A stretch of 60,874 nt of DNA from IMG/VR virus record IMGVR_UViG_3300045988_147447; one strand, given 5' to 3'. Positions 19,238-27,985 of this stretch are shown piece after piece (position 1 is the first letter of the stretch; each line of letters opens with the position of its first letter). This stretch comes from a virus. The position numbers and the translations under genes are program-made. Under the pieces are notes generated by a model that saw only the letters and a program-made list of their open reading frames with translations, did not search any database and was not told the DNA's origin.

Positions 19238-19642
19238 TCAAAACTTGACATTTGCCATTCTTTTAAGTATCTCATTGTATTTTGATTGTATGATAGCTCT
19301 TTGCTTTTCTGATGCTGTAATTATCTTTCCTTTATACTTTCGCATTACAGATTCATTTATACCTATTTCCTTTGCAAACTTACTTGCATTAATAAAAGGG
19401 AACGCTTCAAAAAATCCACTTAAGTCATACACATACTCCACAGAATAGCCAGCTTTATACCAACTTGGAAATTCACCATGTTTTTCTTTGTAATATTCTG
19501 CCTGTTCCTCTAAAACAGAAACAAAGTCCTCTTTCGCTTCTTGTTCTGTAAGCCCAAAGCCATACGCACCGTTTACATCTTCAGAATAGATAGAAATTCC
19601 TCCATCATCTGCTTTTTCAATAATAGCCTGAATCTTCTTCAT
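19238..19642 (-). CDS. hicB: HicB-family antitoxin with C-terminal HTH
   Basis: The N-terminus MKKIQAIIEKADDGGISIYSEDVNGAYGFGLTEQEAKEDF shows the HicB/UPF0150 pattern. Located directly downstream of hicA. Confidence 0.7.
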   Translation of the reverse strand: MKKIQAIIEKADDGGISIYSEDVNGAYGFGLTEQEAKEDFVSVLEEQAEYYKEKHGEFPSWYKAGYSVEYVYDLSGFFEAFPFINASKFAKEIGINESVMRKYKGKIITASEKQRAIIQSKYNEILKRMANVKF

Positions 19643-19700
19643 AATCGTGTATTTTAAGTTTTGTCAATTAAATGCACCCACCGAAGTGGGTGCTGTTCTT

Positions 19701-19886
19701 TTACTTCTTTAACCCCGCCTTTTTCATCATGCTGTCAAGAGTACCTTTAGGTATCTCTTTGGCTGGATGTCTGCCTACAGGGATAAAGTAGTCAAAGTCG
19801 GGATGAACATACTTGTGATGTTTCTTTCCCTTTTCGATTGTCCAGCCTGCTGACTCAATCAATTTGTAAAACTCTGAAAACTTCAT
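19701..19886 (-). CDS. hicA: HicA-family mRNA-interferase toxin
   Basis: 61 aa: ...AGWTIEKGKKHHKYVHP...IPVGRHPAKEIPKGTLDSMMKKAGL, the HicA/YcfA signature. Confidence 0.75.
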   Translation of the reverse strand: MKFSEFYKLIESAGWTIEKGKKHHKYVHPDFDYFIPVGRHPAKEIPKGTLDSMMKKAGLKK

Positions 19887-20004
19887 AAATCAAAGAACTT
19901 TTAATTGACAATGCAAAGGTAACATTTTCGTTACTATTAAGCAAGCTTTGTAACGTAAAAAAGTAACGTTTCTGTTGCTTTTTAACATTCTAATAGAGCC
20001 ATAT

Positions 20005-20187
20005 CTATTTCTTGTTTCTTCTTCTGCGTGAAGCCATATCCTTGCCTTTCACCTTCGTGACTTTTGTCCCGGTTACAGTATGAAGCTTGTCACGCTGCAT
20101 TAATACTAAATTCCTGTATGGTATCTCATAGACCACTTCCCGGTATGACAGATGCAGATTTTCCATGAACGATGCAATCTGTCCCAA
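20005..20187 (-). CDS. possible second tail-assembly chaperone ORF
   Basis: 60 aa with a TTG start. The frame stays open upstream into the 3-prime end of 20202..20585 (gpG/gpGT-like position). No slippery site identified. Confidence 0.35.
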   Translation of the reverse strand: MGQIASFMENLHLSYREVVYEIPYRNLVLMQRDKLHTVTGTKVTKVKGKDMASRRRRNKK

Positions 20188-20201
20188 GAGAGTATCATTT
20201 C

Positions 20202-20585
20202 CTACAACCTCGGTTTCGCTGCCAGCAGACTTACGTTCCTCGCCAAGCTGACAGCTTTGAGAAAAACCTTTGAGTCAATCATAGAGAGTGTTTCATCCAA
20301 TGCGTCCACATTCTCTTCGTATGTTCCTTTTGCCAGTTCTTCGCTCAAGTTTTCGTCACCAGCTATCAGCCAGGAAAGAGCCCTGCTGTAGGCCTCACTT
20401 TCTCCCAGGGAGAGAAGAACTTCTTTCAAATTGTCTGCTTCTTGTACACCTGACAAATGGGAGATTGCTCCGGCCAGTTTGTTGATAGTAGGAGGGTAGA
20501 CCGTGTAGGCTTTCCCAGCGACAAACACCGTTCTGAAATCACTTCCGATAATGGATTCAGTTACTATTTTTGCTCCTTGATTCAT
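20202..20585 (-). CDS. tail assembly chaperone candidate
   Basis: 127 aa located between the major tail gene and the tape measure. Confidence 0.45.
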   Translation of the reverse strand: MNQGAKIVTESIIGSDFRTVFVAGKAYTVYPPTINKLAGAISHLSGVQEADNLKEVLLSLGESEAYSRALSWLIAGDENLSEELAKGTYEENVDALDETLSMIDSKVFLKAVSLARNVSLLAAKPRL

Positions 20586-20596
20586 TCTGATAAAAG

Positions 20597-20633
20597 ATAA
20601 AAATTAAGGGGTGAAGCCATAAAGCCCACCCCT
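20597..20633 (-). terminator. hairpin after the major tail gene
   Basis: On the minus strand, AGGGGTG-ggctttatggctt-CACCCCT is followed by TAATTTTTAT. Confidence 0.5.
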
Positions 20634-20668
20634 GTTATGGAATTCAATCTCTACCTATTGGATAGGCA

Positions 20669-21220
20669 TTAAGCACCTGCTGTTACTTCAGATGAGTCAA
20701 ACCAGTATTCCGGTGCAACTTCTGCATTTTGTGGTTCCAGTTCCACCGCACTTACAGGAATACCGACAGCCTTGTCTGTTGTGGCTTCACGTGCACCGAT
20801 GTCAGCACGGGGAATCACACAATACTGGTCATCGTCAGTCAAAGCGACAAGTAACTTCTCAATGTTTACCTTGCCTCTTGCTCGTTTCCAACCCTTATCA
20901 GTGTTAATTACATCACCACCCATGAGGTCTTTCTTGGTCGGATAGTCGTACTCACCAATGGTGAAGTTCACGGTTACATCGCCCATTTCCTTATCACTAC
21001 GATAAGTCTGACCGGTAAGCTGGTTCTTGTAGTTAGTGCGGCTTGCTTCCGCTTCTTCAAGTGTCCATGTATCCTGATGGATATTCTTCACCTCTTTTAA
21101 GGTTTCACCTTGTAAAAGAGTATATAAAGCCTGCCCAGTCAAATCTGCTGTGATAGCATTTGTCTCGCCATACCAAAGTTTCTTGATATTCACAGCTGTG
21201 ATTTTCTTTGATTCTGCCAT
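20669..21220 (-). CDS. major tail protein candidate
   Basis: 183 aa, last gene before the chaperones and TMP, followed by an attenuator-like hairpin. Confidence 0.55.
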   Translation of the reverse strand: MAESKKITAVNIKKLWYGETNAITADLTGQALYTLLQGETLKEVKNIHQDTWTLEEAEASRTNYKNQLTGQTYRSDKEMGDVTVNFTIGEYDYPTKKDLMGGDVINTDKGWKRARGKVNIEKLLVALTDDDQYCVIPRADIGAREATTDKAVGIPVSAVELEPQNAEVAPEYWFDSSEVTAGA

Positions 21221-21221
21221 A

Positions 21222-21614
21222 TTATTTCACATTTAAAACTTCAAACAAAATTCTTACATTCACATAGTGACACTTTAAGGATGTGTCTTCCTCAATTCCG
21301 ATTGACTCGATGGAATAATGATAGGTTGTTCCGTCATAGCGTCCGGTCACTCCGTCAAACAATTCTTGCGCCTGTTTCTCCAGCTCGTTCAGACGTATTG
21401 TGTTAGCTTCACCTTCTTTCAAGTCAGGAACGCAAAGGTTCACTTCTACGAAAGACTTCTTCCAGTACGTCTCCGGTTGCTGCTTCTTAGAGTGAATGAC
21501 AATCCTTTCGGACTTCATCGGCCCCGTCAGCTTCTTACCGTGTGGAACGATGTCAATTTCAAAAGGCTGGCAATCACGATAGAGTATGTTCGCTATGTCG
21601 GTGGTAACTATCAT
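21222..21614 (-). CDS. tail completion / tail terminator-like protein
   Basis: 130 aa. Assigned by position in the connector block. Confidence 0.4.
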   Translation of the reverse strand: MIVTTDIANILYRDCQPFEIDIVPHGKKLTGPMKSERIVIHSKKQQPETYWKKSFVEVNLCVPDLKEGEANTIRLNELEKQAQELFDGVTGRYDGTTYHYSIESIGIEEDTSLKCHYVNVRILFEVLNVK

Positions 21615-21928
21615 TTTATTTCCTCCTTTAATCGTTTCTCAGCATATAATGCCCCTCCACTTCTCACTCTGAAACCCTTGCTTTCCACATTGGACGCATA
21701 ATGATACCCTTGGGGGCTTGCTGCATCATTGTACAATGTCAGACTACAATCGTCCTCAACATTGTGTTTATTTGACCTACGGAGTGTTTTTGTCCTGTCC
21801 TGATAAGAGCCATCCTTCACATCGTATTCATCAGCCTCATTGCCAACTTTATCTACGATGTCACGAATTTCACTTATTCCTTGCTCGAAAAAGCTATCCA
21901 CGTCCGAAAAATCAAATTTTACAGCCAT
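21611..21928 (-). CDS. HK97 gp10-like head-tail connector protein
   Basis: 105 aa. The DRTKTLRRS segment and the position fit. Overlapping start/stop with its neighbours. Confidence 0.4.
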   Translation of the reverse strand: MAVKFDFSDVDSFFEQGISEIRDIVDKVGNEADEYDVKDGSYQDRTKTLRRSNKHNVEDDCSLTLYNDAASPQGYHYASNVESKGFRVRSGGALYAEKRLKEEIK

Positions 21929-22242
21929 ATTTCTGAGTAACCAAAATAGTTAGTATTTTTTACCGTATAAACCTTGCCAGTTCCCCTGGTATTATCGCCA
22001 TCCATACATCTGACTTCATCGCCAGCCTTCAGGGAGGTTTTCTTTTCACAGACTATGTGATAGTTCGGTCGGTACACCTCGCCGTTCTCCGAAGTAAACT
22101 CCTTGGTGGAGTTATCATCACACCGGCACTTACATACGTCCTGCCAGCTTTCTCCACCGGTTCCGGGAATAGGCCGGCCGAACTCGTCTGTTTCCATTGG
22201 AGTAGTAACCTTGATTTGTAATATATGTGGCGCGAATATCAT
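21919..22242 (-). CDS. head closure / head-tail joining protein
   Basis: 107 aa. Assigned by position. Confidence 0.4.
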   Translation of the reverse strand: MIFAPHILQIKVTTPMETDEFGRPIPGTGGESWQDVCKCRCDDNSTKEFTSENGEVYRPNYHIVCEKKTSLKAGDEVRCMDGDNTRGTGKVYTVKNTNYFGYSEIWL

Positions 22243-22553
22243 AGGAATCTGACTTTAGGTTTATCTGACAGTGTGTCTTCAAGGCCATACTTCTTGCACA
22301 AGAATGAGTAGTATTCCTTCAAGCCTTTGGTGTCCCAGGACATAGAGAAACCGTTCTCGCTGATGGAAGTAGCACGAAGTAGAAGAGAGGGGATAAACTT
22401 CGCCATAGACACCGAAACAAGTCCGATGTTTGACGGGCCCATCTCATCCTCTCCGCTTACTTCTGAAGACAAACTTATCTCCAAAAGGTCAGCCTCCGAC
22501 AAGTTGATGCCGAAGGTCTGAAACTTCTGTGATATGTAGTCATTTACTGTCAT
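22239..22553 (-). CDS. head-tail connector (gp6-like) protein
   Basis: 104 aa, first gene after the capsid gene. Confidence 0.4.
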   Translation of the reverse strand: MTVNDYISQKFQTFGINLSEADLLEISLSSEVSGEDEMGPSNIGLVSVSMAKFIPSLLLRATSISENGFSMSWDTKGLKEYYSFLCKKYGLEDTLSDKPKVRFL

Positions 22554-23632
22554 GCGTTCATGGTTGACAAATCAAAGTTCACAATCAGATTCGGGTTCGT
22601 AATCTGAGGAATCCACTCTGCGGTGTATTCCAGATAACGACCGTTCTTGTCCTTGTAACCGGAAATAAGCATATCACCGTCTGCCTGGGTGTAGTTACGT
22701 CCCGGTACGCCGTCCACTGCTTCGTATGGAGTGTGGAAACGCATATAACCGACCTTATCCTGCGGAAGCAAGGTGATACGGTCGTCGGCGTAAATCTGCA
22801 CGTTCTTTCCGGTCTGGTCTTTTACGTAATCTTCCTTGATTTCAATGGCCGGAAGCCCGATGCCAGTGAACACTTGGGAAGCCAGTTGAGATGTAATCAA
22901 CCCGGTTGAAAGATACATCTCATTTCCTGTAAGCTGCATCTTGAACTTGTCACCAAACTCAGCCGACCCGATGATATTCTTCACGAAAGTTCCTCGTGAC
23001 ATAATCATCTTCTGGAAATTACCGTAGTCCGCTTTCAGTGCATTAATCTGCTGCTGCAAATAGGTGATGAAGTTCGTCTTCGCACCAGTATCAGGCTTGA
23101 TGAACTTGAACGGCAATTCAATGTTAAGAAGGTCAACGCCTCCGGCATTGTCATCCTTATTCTTGACTGTTGCTTCTCCGGTCATCAGAAGTGAACCTAC
23201 AATAATATCCATGCGCTTGTGGGCTGCCAAAAGTACCTGACGGTAATCATCATAGATGAAGTTCACGATTTCCTGCATGGCTGCTACCTGGTCGGCAGGT
23301 TTAGCTGCATTGAACTTGTCAATCAAGTCCTGAAGTTCGGACAGGCGGTCAATGGAAATCTGGTAAGCATCGCCAAGATAAGCGATTTCACCATATCCTG
23401 AGCCGATATTCCGGCGTTCACGGATAGGCTTCTCACCATAACGAGAGTTGATAGAACCGGCCATCACTCCAGTAACCTGACCGATGTAGTCCTTGAATAC
23501 ACGGGTAGTCGTTCTACGGAAATCAAGATACTGCTGCCAGTAGATTGTATCCTTACGAGTCTGAAGGACACGCTGAATAACGGCGTTAACGATGTTGGGG
23601 TCGTTAAACAGAGTATGAATAGTTAGCATCAT
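22550..23632 (-). CDS. major capsid protein, lambda gpE-like
   Basis: 360 aa. SLLMTGEATV and RITLLPQDKVGYMR align by eye with lambda gpE (YTMTGEAF, NFLPDNTMVLG). Preceded by decoration-like and scaffold genes. Confidence 0.7.
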   Translation of the reverse strand: MMLTIHTLFNDPNIVNAVIQRVLQTRKDTIYWQQYLDFRRTTTRVFKDYIGQVTGVMAGSINSRYGEKPIRERRNIGSGYGEIAYLGDAYQISIDRLSELQDLIDKFNAAKPADQVAAMQEIVNFIYDDYRQVLLAAHKRMDIIVGSLLMTGEATVKNKDDNAGGVDLLNIELPFKFIKPDTGAKTNFITYLQQQINALKADYGNFQKMIMSRGTFVKNIIGSAEFGDKFKMQLTGNEMYLSTGLITSQLASQVFTGIGLPAIEIKEDYVKDQTGKNVQIYADDRITLLPQDKVGYMRFHTPYEAVDGVPGRNYTQADGDMLISGYKDKNGRYLEYTAEWIPQITNPNLIVNFDLSTMNA

Positions 23633-23648
23633 GTTTTACCTCCTTTCT

Positions 23649-24503
23649 TTATTTGCTTGCAATTACACCTGCTGTTCTCAAAGATGCCAGAAGGGCATTC
23701 AATTTTGTATGTGCATCTTCCTGCCCAGTAGCATCATCTACTTTAACACCTTGCTTTACACCTCCGAGAGCAGAAGATGTTGCTGCAGACAAAGTGAATT
23801 TGTTGGCTTGGGATGCGATACCATCCAATTTAGCTTTGTCTTCTTTACTCATCAAGCCATCTTGACTGGAAGACGCTTTGGCAACTACAGCCTTTCCACC
23901 TTGAGTAACGTCAGGAGCGTTGAACTGGAAATGCGGCATGTTGGCCTTGTCAATGTCAGAGAAAGGCATAACCAATTTGGTAGGCTCAATCTCGAATGCT
24001 CGCATCAAAAGAGCAACTAATACAATGCCTTCTTCTACTTGTACTCTTCCGTACAAGGCTGAGTTAGCAATGACTTTCGGAGTTGTGCCGCTTACCGCTG
24101 TAGCTTCATAGAGTACAGTACCAGCTTCCAATGTTTCGCCAAAGTCGGCAGACAGCGTCAACTTATCGAAAGCTTTGTCTGATTTGTCAATACTGTTGAT
24201 GGTAGCTCCATGAGAACCATTACCCAGATGCATACCCACATAAGCCAAAGAGTTTTTCTTGATCTTCAAAGTGGTATTGGAACCGGTGGTAAACTTTTCA
24301 TAGACTTCTACACGGATGGCCACCTGAGCGGTTTTCTTTACTAAGTCGGCGGCAATGGGAGTGAAGGATGGAAGAAATGAACCAGCGACAAGGTTGGTCG
24401 TATCCAGCTTGTAAGGCCCTCTGCGTCTTACTCCGGTAGAAACATCATAGCGTTCCTCGATGGACGGTTCAGGCTCCATGTTGTACTTAAATCCTGCTGA
24501 CAT
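23649..24503 (-). CDS. head decoration / capsid-associated protein with a fibre-like C-terminal motif
   Basis: 284 aa in the gpD position. The C-terminus carries GLMSKEDKAKLDGI, a motif common in phage fibre proteins. Confidence 0.45.
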   Translation of the reverse strand: MSAGFKYNMEPEPSIEERYDVSTGVRRRGPYKLDTTNLVAGSFLPSFTPIAADLVKKTAQVAIRVEVYEKFTTGSNTTLKIKKNSLAYVGMHLGNGSHGATINSIDKSDKAFDKLTLSADFGETLEAGTVLYEATAVSGTTPKVIANSALYGRVQVEEGIVLVALLMRAFEIEPTKLVMPFSDIDKANMPHFQFNAPDVTQGGKAVVAKASSSQDGLMSKEDKAKLDGIASQANKFTLSAATSSALGGVKQGVKVDDATGQEDAHTKLNALLASLRTAGVIASK

Positions 24504-24506
24504 AAA

Positions 24507-25163
24507 TTACTTGTTTTGTTGTTCGACAATAGATTTTGTGTCCGCCTCAATCATTTTGGCGAACTCACTCGCTTCTTTCTCCTGCTTCTGTTCGGCAGTC
24601 TCAGGAGCTTTGGAGAACTGAAACCCGTTGTTAGACATATCCTGCTTCATGTCCTTGAAATAAGTATCCAAGTCCGTGTTCTCAGGAATGTTGCGGTCTT
24701 TCAGCATAAATTCGGGAATACCGTACTTCTTCGCCACTGCTGAAATCTGAGAATTGCGCTGCGCCTGCGCTTCATTTTCCTCCATTTTGGCCAGCTTGTC
24801 GGCAAACGGCTTGATACCGGCGGCAATGCCATCGGCAATCATCTTTGCGATGTCTGTCTCCTGCGGCTTTGGAGGGTCGTTTGGTTTCGGTGGTTCTGGT
24901 TTCGGATTCTCGATTGGTTTCCCGTCTTTCAGTCCATGCTTCTTCTCGTAGTTTGAAACAGCGGAAGTCTGCGCCTGTCCTGCACGGAAATCACCATAGT
25001 TTTGCATCACGTCCTGAAATGAGATACCCTCAACGATGGAGGTCACCTTCGTTTCGTCCGTTACACCCTCTGCCTTCTTTGTGGCGATACGGGTGAGTGT
25101 GGCAGTGTCCACCCCAGCGAATTTCTGTTGCAGTCCTGCCAAGATTTGTTCAAAGATTGTCAT
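24507..25163 (-). CDS. scaffolding protein candidate
   Basis: 218 aa, helical, charged and Pro-rich (PKPEPPKPNDPPKP), upstream of the capsid genes. Confidence 0.5.
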   Translation of the reverse strand: MTIFEQILAGLQQKFAGVDTATLTRIATKKAEGVTDETKVTSIVEGISFQDVMQNYGDFRAGQAQTSAVSNYEKKHGLKDGKPIENPKPEPPKPNDPPKPQETDIAKMIADGIAAGIKPFADKLAKMEENEAQAQRNSQISAVAKKYGIPEFMLKDRNIPENTDLDTYFKDMKQDMSNNGFQFSKAPETAEQKQEKEASEFAKMIEADTKSIVEQQNK

Positions 25164-25273
25164 ACCGTATGAGTTTGATTAATAATTTCATACGGTAAAT
25201 TTACTTATAGAGAAAGGGAAGGGGAAATTTAAAGGCTAACGATACGAAACAATTAGGGAAATGTTCGTTTTTA

Positions 25274-25310
25274 GGTAAAAAGAAAGCGTGACTACCTAAA
25301 TAATCACGCT
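25274..25310 (-). terminator. terminator after the hicAB-2 cassette
   Basis: On the minus strand, AGCGTGA-ttatttaggtag-TCACGCT is followed by TTCTTTTTACC. Confidence 0.55.
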
Positions 25311-25332
25311 AGATCATCATCCAATTATACTT

Positions 25333-25626
25333 TTAAAATTTCAATATAGCTGCTTCTATTTCTTTTTTGTCAGAATCTTTTACGTTCCTTAAAGCATTCA
25401 GAAAAGGTAATATTAAAGAGTCATCAACGATGAACCAGACTGGGTTTTTAAATAATTTAGGGTATCCAGGATCATCTCCATAACCATTCCATCTCATTGC
25501 CATTCTTCTTTCCCCATTTTCCCAAATACCTATCGCTATAGAAAAATCATCATTTTCAAATACAACATTCTCAACCTTAAAATTACTTGGATTTACATCT
25601 TTTGCTTTCATTGTACTATCCTCCAT
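25333..25626 (-). CDS. hypothetical protein (third gene of the hicAB-2 moron)
   Basis: 97 aa, AT-rich, 16 bp after hicB-2, followed by a terminator. Confidence 0.5.
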   Translation of the reverse strand: MEDSTMKAKDVNPSNFKVENVVFENDDFSIAIGIWENGERRMAMRWNGYGDDPGYPKLFKNPVWFIVDDSLILPFLNALRNVKDSDKKEIEAAILKF

Positions 25627-25642
25627 TATATTTAATTAATAA

Positions 25643-26074
25643 TCATAACAAATTTATAGCTGCCAGTTCCTCTGTCAGCGCGTTAATACCTTTCTGAATC
25701 TTCTCCAACTGCTGTTTACGGGGTTTGTGTACTCCAGCCGCATAATGCCATAACTGGCGCTCATTGATTCCGGTGATCCGGCTCAAAGCGGCCTTTGTGA
25801 AAATACTGCTGTAATAGTTGATGAAGGTGGCAGCATCTATCTTGAACTTCAATGTGAACTCTCCCTGCAAAATTTCCACTGGAGCGATGTTCATCTCCTT
25901 GCATGACTCCAGGTAAAGTTCAACAGCTTCCTTCATGTTCTTCTCGATTTCCTTCACGTCGTTACCGACAGTAATCACCGGAGCACCTTCAATATAGGCA
26001 CTAAGATTATTTCCAGCATGTTCTACAATCACTTCTACGGTTTTCATACTGACCTCCTTTTTATCGTTAAACAA
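25643..26074 (-). CDS. hicB: HicB-family antitoxin with C-terminal HTH
   Basis: MKTVEVIVEHAGNNLSAYIEGAPVITVGNDVKEIEKNMKEAVELYLE shows the HicB pattern. C-terminal HTH: LSRITGINERQLWHYAAG. Confidence 0.7.
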   Translation of the reverse strand: MFNDKKEVSMKTVEVIVEHAGNNLSAYIEGAPVITVGNDVKEIEKNMKEAVELYLESCKEMNIAPVEILQGEFTLKFKIDAATFINYYSSIFTKAALSRITGINERQLWHYAAGVHKPRKQQLEKIQKGINALTEELAAINLL

Positions 26075-26086
26075 AAGAGGCGGGGG

Positions 26087-26275
26087 CTATTTTAGCCCCG
26101 CTTGCCTCAGAATGTTGTAATAAGTGCCTTTCTCAACGCCTTTCTTGCCGTGGTCGGGTACAATCACTACATGGCTACCATCAGTGTAAACCATGTGACT
26201 GCCTTTCTGCCTCACGAACCAAAAGCCATTTTCAGTAAGCAGCGTTACAACGTCTTTAACTGATTTGTAGCTCAT
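26087..26275 (-). CDS. hicA: HicA-family toxin
   Basis: 62 aa: ...NGFWFVRQKGSHMVYT...VIVPDHGKKGVEKGTYYNILRQAGL, the canonical HicA GSH motif. Confidence 0.8.
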   Translation of the reverse strand: MSYKSVKDVVTLLTENGFWFVRQKGSHMVYTDGSHVVIVPDHGKKGVEKGTYYNILRQAGLK

Positions 26276-26463
26276 AGCGTTTAAGACTTAATTACGATGC
26301 AAATATAGTAAAATAACGAATAATTACAAAGAAGTATTCATGTTTTTACTATGATAAAGGAAATAGCGATACCTCGAAAGATACCGCTACTCAAATAGTC
26401 AATATTTTAGATTTATATCATTCTGTTTTGTATTATCCCCGTAAATATTCTGACTGGGTTGTT

Positions 26464-27975
26464 CTATTCTTCAGATTTACTGCTGGAACTTTTAAGAGAG
26501 GAAAGCTGTTTCTGCTTCTCGATGTCGTTCTTCTGTTTCTCAGATTGCTCTTCCTTGATGGCTTCAATCTCATCCAGAACTGCATCCACGTTCCCCACAA
26601 AGGTAATGGCCCGCTGTTGAGACCAGATTTCACCGTCCTTGGCCTTGATAGCTGTGTCTATCTTGTCTTTGATGTCCTCCAGCTTATACGGCTGCATCTG
26701 CACATCCACATCGATGGTTTCGGAGGCTTCTTCAAGGGTGGAATTCACGGAACCCAACGCGGAGACAAGGAAATTTACACGTCGTTGCATGAACTCGCCG
26801 ACGATCTCGTTCAGATTTTCTACGTTAAGGTGGGTGGACATAAACACATAATCGAAAGTCACACCGGAAACGGCGTTTCCTGTACCTTTCAGGGAGTCAA
26901 AAGAGATTCTGGGTGTATTGGTCAGTCCATATATCTGGCTCAGCAAGGTTTCTACCTCGAACTTGACAGTATCAGGTACCTGTGACCAGGTAAGATACTG
27001 GGCATTTGCTCCCTGGCCGGTCAACTCGACAACACGGTTCTTGAACTCACCTGAGAAATTCTCCACGTTACCAAAAAGCATGAGGATAGGGAAGAAGTGG
27101 TAGTCGATACAGTCTGCATAGTTTGAGAGAAGCTTCTCCAGTCTTACACGGAGGCTCTTTATCTTTTCACAGTACGCTTCCGGACGGTACATATAAATCA
27201 CCGGCATCTTCTTGAATCCATGTGCAAATGAGCCTTTGTCAGTCCAGTTGCTTGTCAGTTCCCACTGATAAACCATGTCCTTGGTAATGGTCATGAAGCA
27301 GGTAATCTCCACGTCATTCAGATCTTTCTTCTTGTATTCACGGGACAGGGCCACCAAATCCCCCTGGTCATTGAAGAAAGGGTAGAGCTTGTCGCCACGG
27401 AACGGAGACCAGATGGCACTCTTCAGACGGTATTCAGGTTTTGATTTGCCGAAGATTCCTGAAATCTTTCGTTTGAGCTTTGCCCAGAAGCCGTCATCCT
27501 TCACCACATACCAGTATTCGGCCACTTCCTGCTCGGCCAGCCATGCCCGGACTACTTTCTTGTTCTGGTATTTCAACTTGTTTTTCTTGAACACCTGCTT
27601 CAATGTGGAAAGAAGGCTTTCTTCCGACTGGTCCGGCTGGCAATCAAGGACCGGTTCTGTTCCCACGGTGAAGGCAGTCTGAATGTTCACGATGTCCTGC
27701 TCGATAGGAAGAGCAATCCTGTTCGGGTCAACTTCTTTCCTTGCCGCCGGCTCAACATATTCTTTCCCGGTTGTAGGGTCTGTAATCCGTTTCTCAGGCT
27801 GGGTCGTAATTTTGATTTTCGGGTATTTCTCTTCATCTATCACTATCTCGTGCTTGTTCGGATTCCAGTCGTTGTAAAGAGCGTGAGCGTTTGGTTGCTC
27901 GGTCTTTCGTCCTTTCTTCAGATAGTAGATTTTTCTCTCTACTTCCGGCATAGCTAAAATTTCTTCTATAGTCAT
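26464..27975 (-). CDS. portal protein
   Basis: 503 aa directly downstream of TerL, with an acidic/Ser-rich C-terminus. Confidence 0.7.
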   Translation of the reverse strand: MTIEEILAMPEVERKIYYLKKGRKTEQPNAHALYNDWNPNKHEIVIDEEKYPKIKITTQPEKRITDPTTGKEYVEPAARKEVDPNRIALPIEQDIVNIQTAFTVGTEPVLDCQPDQSEESLLSTLKQVFKKNKLKYQNKKVVRAWLAEQEVAEYWYVVKDDGFWAKLKRKISGIFGKSKPEYRLKSAIWSPFRGDKLYPFFNDQGDLVALSREYKKKDLNDVEITCFMTITKDMVYQWELTSNWTDKGSFAHGFKKMPVIYMYRPEAYCEKIKSLRVRLEKLLSNYADCIDYHFFPILMLFGNVENFSGEFKNRVVELTGQGANAQYLTWSQVPDTVKFEVETLLSQIYGLTNTPRISFDSLKGTGNAVSGVTFDYVFMSTHLNVENLNEIVGEFMQRRVNFLVSALGSVNSTLEEASETIDVDVQMQPYKLEDIKDKIDTAIKAKDGEIWSQQRAITFVGNVDAVLDEIEAIKEEQSEKQKNDIEKQKQLSSLKSSSSKSEE

Positions 27976-27985
27976 ATCTCAAAGT

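Noticed and set aside
20005-20585. Programmed -1 frameshift joining the two tail-chaperone ORFs.
   Set aside because: The second frame is open across the junction, which is suggestive. However, I found no X-XXY-YYZ slippery heptamer near 20188-20260, so it is recorded only as a possibility in the feature list.
26428-26985. 185-aa plus-strand ORF.
   Set aside because: It lies antisense within the portal gene and is a Leu/Phe-rich shadow frame.
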